Positions 56,336 to 64,000 of a DNA stretch of 64,000 bases are shown here, piece by piece (within the stretch, counting starts at the first letter, position 1; every line of letters starts with the position of its first letter). This stretch comes from Actinomycetota bacterium (GTDB lineage: Bacteria > Actinomycetota > UBA4738 > CALAEC01), in the NCBI GenBank assembly GCA_036001425.1, contig DASYUI010000009.1, positions 72,422 through 136,421 on the forward strand. Reading direction: 5' to 3'. The notes under the pieces were generated by a model, which searched no databases, was not told where the DNA came from, and saw only the letters and a list, made by a program, of their open reading frames with translations. The position numbers and the translations under genes are program-made.

Positions 56336-57253
56336 ATGCTCACCGCGTACCAGATCGATCGGTTCCACCGTGACGGCCTGCTCGTGCTGCGCGGCGTCTT
56401 CAGCCTCGACGAGGTCCAGGCCCTTCAGCTGGCGGCGGACGAGGTGACGAAAGAGGCTCTCGCCGGCGCCGGCAGCGGCCACGGGTACCGAGATATCGAC
56501 GGCCATCGACAGTACTACCGCACCGACGGCGTGCTCTGGGAGCGCTCCGCCGCCTTCCGGATGGCCACGGTCAACCCCGGGTTGCTGGCGTCGGTCAGCC
56601 AGTGTCTGGGCCACCCGTTCATGCCGATCAACGACTCCCTGGTGGTGAAGCTGCCCCACTCCGGAGTGGCCATCCCCTGGCACCAGGACCCCCCGTACGA
56701 CGGGGCCGACGGGCGGGCGGAGACGTTCGGGATCCCCAACTTCGACTGCGACATCTACCTCGACGCCGCCACCATCGACAGCGGCTGCCTTTACGGCCTG
56801 GCCGGCTGCCACCTCGTCGGCCACGTCGAGCTGGAGCGCTTCCACGAGGACGAGCTGTTTAGCCGGACTGACGCCGTCCCGCTGGAAATGGCACCGGGCG
56901 ACGTGCTGTTTCACGCCATCACCGCGCCCCACGGGTCAAAGGCCAATGATTCCAACACGTTGCGGCGCGTGTTCTACGTGCACTACATGGCTCAGGAGGT
57001 CCTGGAGACTCTCCATCCCGAATGGGTGGGGACGAAGCGGGGCTTCAGGGGTCGCGACATCCAAGAGGTTCAGGGGATGCTCGACGAGCGCATCGGGGCC
57101 GGCCTGGGCGGACCGAGCACGGCGAAGGTCAAGCTCACCCCCCACGGATTCGTCTTTTTGGGTGAGCCGGTCACCCAGCCACGGCATTGGAAGTCTCTCG
57201 TCGCCGACCTGGCCCCCGACCAGGTGCGTGCGGTCAAGACCCTTGCCTCGTGA
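56336..57253 (+). CDS. Phytanoyl-CoA dioxygenase (PhyH) family Fe(II)/2-oxoglutarate-dependent oxygenase
   Basis: The H-x-D...H facial triad context is present (PWHQDPPY ... HAITAPHGS), with the PhyH N-terminal DRFHRDGLLVLRGVF. The ATG is preceded by GAGGAGG. Confidence 0.8.
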   Translation: MLTAYQIDRFHRDGLLVLRGVFSLDEVQALQLAADEVTKEALAGAGSGHGYRDIDGHRQYYRTDGVLWERSAAFRMATVNPGLLASVSQCLGHPFMPINDSLVVKLPHSGVAIPWHQDPPYDGADGRAETFGIPNFDCDIYLDAATIDSGCLYGLAGCHLVGHVELERFHEDELFSRTDAVPLEMAPGDVLFHAITAPHGSKANDSNTLRRVFYVHYMAQEVLETLHPEWVGTKRGFRGRDIQEVQGMLDERIGAGLGGPSTAKVKLTPHGFVFLGEPVTQPRHWKSLVADLAPDQVRAVKTLAS

Positions 57254-57320
57254 CCGAGTTGCGCGAAAAAGCACCAGGTAGGTAGGCTGGGAACGGTCCA
57301 ATCGGGGCCCTGACAGGGGG

Positions 57321-58541
57321 GTGCGACCGGTGGCTGAGATCACCCTCGACGACGTCACCAAGATCTATCCGGACGGCACTCAGGCCGTCACCAACCTCGG
57401 CCTGGATATCAAGGATGGCGAGTTCGTGGTCTTCGTCGGTCCCTCCGGCTGCGGCAAGACCACCGCGCTCAGAATGGTCGCCGGTCTCGAGGAGATCAGC
57501 TCCGGCAAGATCATGATCGCCGGCCGGGTGGTGAACGACGTCCCACCGAAGGACCGAGACATCGCAATGGTCTTCCAGAACTACGCCCTGTACCCGCACA
57601 TGTCTGTCTACGACAACCTGGCCTTCGGCCTGAAGCTCCGGAGGGAGAAGAAGGAAGTCATCGACAAGCGGGTACGGGATGCGGCTCGGATCCTTGGCCT
57701 CACGGAGATGCTGAAGAAGAAGCCCCGCAACCTGTCCGGCGGCCAGCGTCAGCGCGTGGCCATGGGCCGGGCCATTGTCCGCGAGCCCCAGGCTTTCCTG
57801 ATGGACGAACCCCTGTCCAACCTCGACGCCAAGCTCCGGGTCCAGATGCGTTCCGAGATCGCCCGGATCCAGCGGGACCTCGAGGTGACCACCATCTACG
57901 TCACCCACGACCAGACCGAGGCCATGACCATGGGCGACCGGGTGGCGGTCATCAGGAAGGGGGAGCTCCAACAAGCGGAGCCTCCACAGGATCTGTACGA
58001 GCACCCGGTCAACCTGTTCGTCGCGGGGTTCATCGGGTCTCCGGCCATGAACATGGTCGAGGCCTCGGTCTCCCGGGGAGACGGCGCGGTGTTCGTGGAG
58101 TTCGCGGGGAACCGGCTCCGAGTGGACGACGAACTACTCAAGGAGCGTCCCGGCCTCAAGCGGTTCGAGGGAAGACGGATCGTCCTTGGCATCCGTCCCG
58201 AAGACTTCGAGGACGCCAGCCTGGTGCCCCGAGCGGCGAAGGACCGCCGTATCCCGGCGACGGTGGACCTCCGGGAGGCGCTCGGCTCGGAGGTGCTCAT
58301 CCACTTCACCGTGAAGGCGCCGGTGGTGCTGACCGAGGACACGAAGGAACTGGCCGTGGACGTGGGGGCGGAGGCGCTGGAGGACCTGGAGCAGGTGGCT
58401 CAGCAGGGCGAGAACGAGTTCGTGGCCCAGCTCAACCCCCGAACCCGGGCCCGCCGGGGGGAGCCCATCGAGCTGTACGTGGACACCTCGAGGCTCCACT
58501 TCTTCGACCCCGAGACCGGACTTGGCATCTACACCGACTGA
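57321..58541 (+). CDS. ABC transporter ATP-binding protein (MalK/UgpC-type, carbohydrate import)
   Basis: It carries Walker A (GPSGCGKTT), the signature LSGGQRQRVA, Walker B (FLMDEPLSNLD), and a C-terminal MalK-like regulatory/TOBE domain. Confidence 0.9.
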   Translation: MRPVAEITLDDVTKIYPDGTQAVTNLGLDIKDGEFVVFVGPSGCGKTTALRMVAGLEEISSGKIMIAGRVVNDVPPKDRDIAMVFQNYALYPHMSVYDNLAFGLKLRREKKEVIDKRVRDAARILGLTEMLKKKPRNLSGGQRQRVAMGRAIVREPQAFLMDEPLSNLDAKLRVQMRSEIARIQRDLEVTTIYVTHDQTEAMTMGDRVAVIRKGELQQAEPPQDLYEHPVNLFVAGFIGSPAMNMVEASVSRGDGAVFVEFAGNRLRVDDELLKERPGLKRFEGRRIVLGIRPEDFEDASLVPRAAKDRRIPATVDLREALGSEVLIHFTVKAPVVLTEDTKELAVDVGAEALEDLEQVAQQGENEFVAQLNPRTRARRGEPIELYVDTSRLHFFDPETGLGIYTD

Positions 58542-58572
58542 GGCACCTGGGACAGGAGGCTAGCTGGGGCCG

Positions 58573-59520
58573 ATGGCCGTAGCCGAGCAGGCGGGTCGAT
58601 ACCGTCCCTCCCGCGCGGGACTGCTGGCGGCTTGGGTTCGCAGACACCGGTTCGAGATCGCCCTCATCACGCCGCTCGTCGCCTACGTCGTCCTGCTGAC
58701 CATCGCCCCGATCATCGACACGTTCAAGATCTCGCTCACTCACCCGCGGACGCTGGCTTTCCCCTCGGGTGCCAACTACCAGGCCAACTTCGGCTCGGCG
58801 ACCTTCCGGGAAGCCACCGTGAACACCGTGATCGTGGCGGTGCTGTCCCTGACGCTGGAGCTGGCGGTGGGGCTGGCGGTTGCCCTGGCCCTCCACGCGC
58901 GGTTCCGGGGACAGGGATTCGTTCGGACGGTGATGCTCGTTCCCCTGGGGGTGCCCACCATCGTGTCCGGCGCCATCATGCTACTGATCTTCGCGCGGTC
59001 CGGATACATGAACTCGGTGTTCGGCGGAGTCGCCAACCTCATCTCGAACATCCCCGGCGTGGACTGGGAGTTCCGCAACCTGAGCTGGACGACGGACGGA
59101 GGAATTCGGACGCTGGCCACGGTAGCCATCGCGGACATGTGGAAGGTATTGCCTATCGTCACGCTGATCTTCCTGGCTGGCCTCCAGTCCATTCCCGAGG
59201 ACATCTACGAGGCCGCGGACGTCGATGGGGCGACCAAGTGGCAGAAGTTCGCCCGGATCACCTTCCCGCTCTTGATCCCCTACATCACGATGGCGCTGAT
59301 CTTGAGGTCGATCGACGCGTTCCGGATCTTCGAGCTGGCCCTGGTGCTCGCCGGAGCGATCGAGCCGGTCCTCGGCACGTACATCTGGGATCGGTACGGT
59401 CCCCCCACCAACGACGTCTTCACTGCGTCCTCGGCGTCCATCGTTCTGTTCGGGATCATCATGGTCTTCATCATCCTGTACCTGCGGTTCGTCGCCACCC
59501 GCGCGGAGGTGGCCCGATGA
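58573..59520 (+). CDS. Carbohydrate ABC transporter permease (MalF/UgpA-like)
   Basis: It has 6 TM segments and the EAA loop (YEAADVDGATKWQKFARITFPLL). Confidence 0.85.
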   Translation: MAVAEQAGRYRPSRAGLLAAWVRRHRFEIALITPLVAYVVLLTIAPIIDTFKISLTHPRTLAFPSGANYQANFGSATFREATVNTVIVAVLSLTLELAVGLAVALALHARFRGQGFVRTVMLVPLGVPTIVSGAIMLLIFARSGYMNSVFGGVANLISNIPGVDWEFRNLSWTTDGGIRTLATVAIADMWKVLPIVTLIFLAGLQSIPEDIYEAADVDGATKWQKFARITFPLLIPYITMALILRSIDAFRIFELALVLAGAIEPVLGTYIWDRYGPPTNDVFTASSASIVLFGIIMVFIILYLRFVATRAEVAR

Positions 59521-60362
59521 TGCGGACGGCGACTCCCCGGCAGGGCCTCCTCGACCGGCCCTTGAAGATCATCTTCCCGATCTGGGTCGTGGTCTCCGTC
59601 CTTATCGTGGTCTTCCCTCTCTATCTGGTGTTCATGGTGTCGTTCGCCCCGGGGCGGGCCCTGTTCGGAGAACGGCCGGCCCTGTTCATTACCGACCCGA
59701 CGCTCCAGTGGTGGACCAGGGTGATCGAGGGAGGTGACCTCGTCCCGCCCCTCATCAAGAGCCTCAGCGTGGCCACGCTCTCCACCCTCTTGGCCATCGT
59801 GATCGCCGCGCCGGCCGCCTGGGTGATCTCTCGCCTTCCCGCGGGGATCCGCTACACGGTCGTCATCGGTCTGCTGGTGACCCGGATGTTCCCGGAGTTC
59901 GCCATCGGGATCTCCGTGGCCACCCGGTTCGCCAGGTTGGGGCTGTTGGACAGCTACCTCGGCCTGATCCTGGCCCACCTCATCGGGTCCCTCCCGTTCA
60001 TCGCGTGGATCCTGGTGGGCACGTTCGAGACCATCCCTCGAGATATCGAGGAGGCGGCGGCCATCGACGGGGCGTCCAAGCTCAAGACGCTCATGCGGGT
60101 GGTCTTCCCTCTGGCGGCCCCCGGGATCGCCGTGGCGTCGCTGTTCGTCTGGCTGTACTCGTGGAACGAGTTCGTGTACGCCCGGCTCCTGACTACGAAC
60201 CAGAACACCCTGCCTCTTCAAGTCTTCCAAGCCATCGACCGGGGAAGCAAGCAAGACATGGCCACGGTCGCGGCCGTGCTGACGCTTCCCATCCTGTTCG
60301 TCGTGTACTTCCTGCAGCGATATCTCCGGCCGGGCGCCCTGGCCGGAGCGGTGAAGGGGTGA
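59517..60362 (+). CDS. Carbohydrate ABC transporter permease (MalG/UgpE-like)
   Basis: Its ATG overlaps the previous stop (ATGA). The EAA loop is EEAAAIDGASKLKTLMRVVFPLA, and there are 6 TM segments. Confidence 0.85.
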   Translation: MMRTATPRQGLLDRPLKIIFPIWVVVSVLIVVFPLYLVFMVSFAPGRALFGERPALFITDPTLQWWTRVIEGGDLVPPLIKSLSVATLSTLLAIVIAAPAAWVISRLPAGIRYTVVIGLLVTRMFPEFAIGISVATRFARLGLLDSYLGLILAHLIGSLPFIAWILVGTFETIPRDIEEAAAIDGASKLKTLMRVVFPLAAPGIAVASLFVWLYSWNEFVYARLLTTNQNTLPLQVFQAIDRGSKQDMATVAAVLTLPILFVVYFLQRYLRPGALAGAVKG

Positions 60363-60420
60363 GGGGGGGAAACCTGGTGCGAGACTTCGGTCCGCACCCC
60401 GAGGAACAGGAGGTGAGTGA

Positions 60421-61686
60421 ATGAGGAGGCACAGTCGGTTCTATGCCGGCCTTCTCGGATTGGCCTTAGTGGCCACAGCCTGTGGTGGCGCCCCGGCCCC
60501 TGTCGAACAGGGGGAGCTCTCCGGGACCACCATCACGTTCAACATCTCGCTGGCCGAGGCGGAGAAGGCCACCATCGACAGCCTCATCCAGCAGTTCCAG
60601 CAGCAGACGGGGGCCAAGGTCAATATCTCGTCGGTCACGGCGGCGGACCTGCCCCAGAAGCTCGAGGTAGACCTCGGGGCGGGCAGTCCCACGATCCACC
60701 TGTTCGCCCAGGACAACCTGAACCTCCGGATCCTGGTGGACAAGGACCTGGTGCAGGACCTGGGGGACGTCGAAATCCCCTCGGAGGTCATCCCGGCGAT
60801 GATCCCGGAGCCGATCGACGGCACGCAGTACTTCCTGCCGTTCCGGCCGAACGTCCGGGTGGCCTACGTCAACACGGAGCGCTTCTCCGCGGCCGGGGCG
60901 AGCCCCCCGACGACGGTCGAAGAGTTCCGGGCCACGGCTGAGGAGCTCAAGTCGGCGGCGGACGGGGAGCCCAAGGTAACGCTGTCGCTCGAGCCCACCA
61001 GCGGGGCGGCGGCGATCACGGTCTCCGAGTGGATCCTCTCCTTCGGGGGCGACCCCCTGGTCCTGAACGACGAGGGCTCGGTGGCCGCGTTCGAGTTTCT
61101 TCAGGGAGTGTGGCAGGACGACCTCCTCGCTCGGGAGAGCCTCCAGGCCAGGTTCGACACCGAGGTGGATTACCTCCGAGGGGAAACGTCCTGGCTGGCC
61201 CAGAACTGGCCGTTCACCTCGGGCACATTCGCCGACGAGGGGATCCTCGAGCTGTTCGATGTCTACGCGGGGTGGAGCGGCCCCGAGCGGGCGGCTCACG
61301 TGATCGGGGGAGACGTGCTGGGGATCCCTCAGGGGGTGGAGGGCGACCAGAAGACGGCTGCCCTGGCCCTGGCGGACTTCCTGATGTCCAAGGAGACCCA
61401 GGAGACCCTGGCGGCGGAACAGGCCTGGCCCTCGATCAGGAGCGACGCCTACGCCCAGGTCCCCGAGGAGCTCCAGCAGACCTTCGACGCGATCCAGGGC
61501 GCCCTGGAGGGTGGCTGGTACAGGCCGGCCGTCCCGTACTGGGCGGACGTGGACGAAGCCATCAACGCGGCCATCCAGCAGGTGATGATGGACGGAAAGG
61601 ACGCCAAGTCGACCCTCGACGGGCTTCACGATCAGATCGCGTCGGCGGCACAAGACGCCGGCGCCGAGTACCCGCCCAGCGGCTGA
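60421..61686 (+). CDS. ABC transporter substrate-binding lipoprotein (family 1 extracellular solute-binding protein, sugar-type)
   Basis: It has a lipobox (LGLALVATAC) and the SBP_bac_1 architecture. AGGAGG precedes the ATG. Confidence 0.85.
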   Translation: MRRHSRFYAGLLGLALVATACGGAPAPVEQGELSGTTITFNISLAEAEKATIDSLIQQFQQQTGAKVNISSVTAADLPQKLEVDLGAGSPTIHLFAQDNLNLRILVDKDLVQDLGDVEIPSEVIPAMIPEPIDGTQYFLPFRPNVRVAYVNTERFSAAGASPPTTVEEFRATAEELKSAADGEPKVTLSLEPTSGAAAITVSEWILSFGGDPLVLNDEGSVAAFEFLQGVWQDDLLARESLQARFDTEVDYLRGETSWLAQNWPFTSGTFADEGILELFDVYAGWSGPERAAHVIGGDVLGIPQGVEGDQKTAALALADFLMSKETQETLAAEQAWPSIRSDAYAQVPEELQQTFDAIQGALEGGWYRPAVPYWADVDEAINAAIQQVMMDGKDAKSTLDGLHDQIASAAQDAGAEYPPSG

Positions 61687-61709
61687 TCCTGAGGGTCGGC
61701 CAGGGAGGC

Positions 61710-61741
61710 GCAATCGCCCGCCCTTCGGGGCGGGCGATTGC
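61710..61741. terminator. Perfect 14-bp stem / TTCG-tetraloop hairpin between convergent genes (bidirectional terminator candidate)
   Basis: gcaatcgcccgccc-TTCG-gggcgggcgattgc sits immediately after the SBP stop, and its last base overlaps the stop of the minus-strand small ORF. There is no U-tract, which is common in high-GC actinobacteria. Confidence 0.4.
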
Positions 61742-62013
61742 TAGTCTCCCCCGCCGGACTCGTCGAGATCCGGATCGGTCACCTGAGCGGCGTGCTCCCG
61801 GCGCTCGTCGTCGACCAGCTGCCATAGCCACTGGGCCCACGCCCGGACCTCGGGCCAGGCCCGCCAAAAGTCCTCAAGGTGCTGGTCCCCGAAGGCACGC
61901 CATGCCTCGGGCGGCTTGATCTCCCCCGCCAGGGCCTCTAAGGAGCCCATGGCGTCCTGGAACCTCTCACCCTGCCGCTCGTCCATCGGCATCCTTCTTT
62001 CCTTGATCCTCAA
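61741..62013 (-). CDS. Hypothetical small acidic Trp-rich protein
   Basis: An 80-90 aa ORF (..MPMDERQGERFQDAMGSLEALAGEIKPPEAWRAFGDQHLEDFWRAWPEVRAWAQWLWQLV..) with no family match. Its coding status is not established. Confidence 0.3.
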   Translation of the reverse strand: MRIKERRMPMDERQGERFQDAMGSLEALAGEIKPPEAWRAFGDQHLEDFWRAWPEVRAWAQWLWQLVDDERREHAAQVTDPDLDESGGGD

Positions 62014-62148
62014 TCCGTTGCCTACGGCAACGTCCTTCGGCCGGGGGAATGCAGCAGCCTGTTCCGCTCCGCTTCGCTACGCGGGGCTGCTGCCCCCCCG
62101 GCCCCCTCGGCGGCAGTGTAGCGAGGCCGCCTCGGGTACGCTGGGAAG

Positions 62149-64000
62149 ATGAGCGAGTCTCCCGGCTCGAACCGTCTCATCAAGGCCACCAGTCCTTATC
62201 TGCTCCAGCACGCCCACAACCCGGTGGACTGGTACGAATGGGGCCCGGAGGCGCTGGAGCGAGCCCGCCGAGAGGACCGGCCGATCCTCCTCTCGATCGG
62301 GTACGCGGCCTGCCACTGGTGCCACGTGATGGAGCGCGAATCCTTCGAAGACGAGGAGACGGCTCGCCTCATGAACGAGCGGTTCGTGTGCGTGAAGGTG
62401 GACCGAGAGGAGCGGCCCGACCTCGACGCCATCTACATGGACGCCGTCCAGGCCATGACCGGCTCCGGCGGGTGGCCGATGACGGTGTTCCTGACCCCGG
62501 ATGGCCGGCCTTTCTTCGCCGGCACCTACTTCCCGCCCGAAGACCGGCAGGGCCTTCCCGGGTTCCGCCGGGTGCTCGAGGGAGTGAGCCAGGCCTGGCG
62601 GGAGCAGCGCGAGCAGGTCCTCACTCAAGGGAAGCGCGTGGTGGAGGCGATCGCCGGGACGTCCTCACTTCTCGAGTCGCACGAACCGCTCGGCGACGAC
62701 CTGCTCCGGGGGGCGCACGCGCAGCTCACCAAGGCCTTCGATCCGCAGTGGGGTGGATTCGACGGCGCTCCGAAGTTTCCCCAGCCGATGACGCTCGAGT
62801 TCCTCCTGCGGTGCCACCTGCGCGGATATCCCGACTCCCTGCGCGTCGTCCTGCTGACGCTGGAACGGATGTCCGCGGGCGGCATCCGCGACCACCTCGC
62901 AGGGGGGTTCCATCGCTACTCGGTGGACGCTCGGTGGCACGTTCCCCACTTCGAGAAGATGCTCTACGACAACGCTCAGCTGGCCCGCCTATACCTGCAC
63001 GCATGGCAGGTCACCGGCGACGACGGTTGCCGCGCGGTCGCGGTCGACACCCTCGACTACCTCCTTCGCGAGATGCGTCATCCCGACAGCGCGTTCTTCT
63101 CCTCCCAGGACGCCGACTCCGAAGGGGTGGAGGGAAAGTCCTACGTCTGGCGATGGAAGGACCTCGTGGAGGTGGCCGGCGAGGAGGTGGCGCGCTTCTT
63201 CGGGGCGTCCCCCGAGGGCAATTGGGAAGAGGGCACGAACGTCCTGTGGCTCCCCGACCGGGGAGCTTCCCCTCCGGCGGGGTTGGAGGAGGCCCGGCGG
63301 AGATTGCTCGAGATCCGCGAGCAGCGCCCCCGGCCGGGCACCGACGACAAGATCCTGGCGTCGTGGAACGGCCTCGCCATCCAGGCCCTGGCCGAGACGG
63401 GCCGGGCCCTGGGAGAGTCGAGGTACGTGGACGCCGCCTCGGGGGCGGCCCGCTTCGTGCTGTCGGCCCTCCGCCGGGATGACGGGCGGCTGTTGCGCTC
63501 CTGGCGGGAGGGCCGGGCCGGGGGGCCCGGGTACGTCGACGACTACGCCATGATGGCCGCCGCCTGCGTCACCCTGTACGAGGCCACGTTCGACCTCGGA
63601 TGGATGGCCGAGGCCCGGCGGCTGGCCGACGACCTGATCCGGTTGTTCCACGACCCCGACCGCGGGGGCTTCTTCCAGACCGGCGAGGACGCGGAGGCCC
63701 TCGTCCTCCGCCCCAAGGAGCTCTTCGACAACGCCGTCCCTTCCGGCAACTCGGTGGCCGCCGAGGTTCTGCTCCGGTTAGCCCACCTCACCGGGGAGGA
63801 TGCCTACGAACGAGCGGGCGTGTCGGGGCTGCGGGTCGCCCGCAACTTGATCGAGCGGGCCCCGACGATGTTCGGCCACGCCCTCGGCGCCCTCGACCTG
63901 TACGTGTCCCCGTCGAAGGAGGTGGCCATCGTCGGCGACCTCGAATCGGAGGAGGCCCGCCGGCTCATCCGGGAGCTGTGGTCGAGATATCTGCCGAATG
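62149..64000 (+). CDS. Thioredoxin-domain protein of the DUF255/YyaL family (N-acylglucosamine-2-epimerase-like six-hairpin C-terminal domain); 3' partial, runs off window
   Basis: The frame translates to [66 protein letters not shown]... It carries the CHWCH thioredoxin-like motif and [18 protein letters not shown]. It is absent from the ORF track because no stop occurs before position 64000. Confidence 0.75.
   Translation, partial: MSESPGSNRLIKATSPYLLQHAHNPVDWYEWGPEALERARREDRPILLSIGYAACHWCHVMERESFEDEETARLMNERFVCVKVDREERPDLDAIYMDAVQAMTGSGGWPMTVFLTPDGRPFFAGTYFPPEDRQGLPGFRRVLEGVSQAWREQREQVLTQGKRVVEAIAGTSSLLESHEPLGDDLLRGAHAQLTKAFDPQWGGFDGAPKFPQPMTLEFLLRCHLRGYPDSLRVVLLTLERMSAGGIRDHLAGGFHRYSVDARWHVPHFEKMLYDNAQLARLYLHAWQVTGDDGCRAVAVDTLDYLLREMRHPDSAFFSSQDADSEGVEGKSYVWRWKDLVEVAGEEVARFFGASPEGNWEEGTNVLWLPDRGASPPAGLEEARRRLLEIREQRPRPGTDDKILASWNGLAIQALAETGRALGESRYVDAASGAARFVLSALRRDDGRLLRSWREGRAGGPGYVDDYAMMAAACVTLYEATFDLGWMAEARRLADDLIRLFHDPDRGGFFQTGEDAEALVLRPKELFDNAVPSGNSVAAEVLLRLAHLTGEDAYERAGVSGLRVARNLIERAPTMFGHALGALDLYVSPSKEVAIVGDLESEEARRLIRELWSRYLPN

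Overview
This is a 64 kb, roughly 70% GC, gene-dense chromosomal segment. Frequent GTG/TTG starts and many 1-4 nt start/stop overlaps are typical of high-GC Actinomycetota. I found no rRNA, tRNA, CRISPR, transposase or integrase signal. About 60 protein-coding genes are supportable, and most long ORFs in the six-frame track are antisense artefacts of the GC bias.

The recognisable content is:
- **Sigma factors:** two ECF sigma/anti-sigma pairs.
- **Phenylacetate catabolism:** a phenylacetyl-CoA epoxidase operon, paaR-paaABCD, with no paaE; a PaaG-like crotonase translationally coupled to a hotdog thioesterase lies 2.5 kb away.
- **Sulfur and iron-sulfur metabolism:** Mrp/ApbC, an ErpA/IscA-type carrier, and a cystathionine beta-synthase / gamma-lyase pair.
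- **Lipoprotein and envelope enzymes:** a PgpB-like PAP2 phosphatase with Lgt, a class A penicillin-binding protein, and S1 and S8 secreted proteases.
- **c-di-GMP signalling:** a GGDEF-EAL membrane protein downstream of an MFS transporter that carries an extra N-terminal membrane module.
- **Transport:** a sugar ABC importer beside an AraC regulator and a PhyH-type dioxygenase.

The less ordinary items are:
- a 1262-aa secreted fusion of a type I phosphodiesterase (NPP) with a 5'-nucleotidase;
- three PQQ-dependent sugar dehydrogenase paralogues, two of them tandem;
- a CoA-related four-gene operon (Nudix CoA pyrophosphatase / CoA-binding protein / 49-aa DUF4177-like ORF / PQQ-dehydrogenase lipoprotein) whose small ORF is missing from the track;
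- a cytochrome b / His-rich lipoprotein / cupredoxin operon next to a stand-alone F420 hydrogenase beta-like gene;
- two copies of a DUF2269 + NTF2-like gene pair;
- a four-gene overlapping operon of membrane protein / CPBP protease / tandem PNPOx / SRPBCC.

Coordinates I derived by counting bases in the displayed sequence may be off by 1-2 nt.
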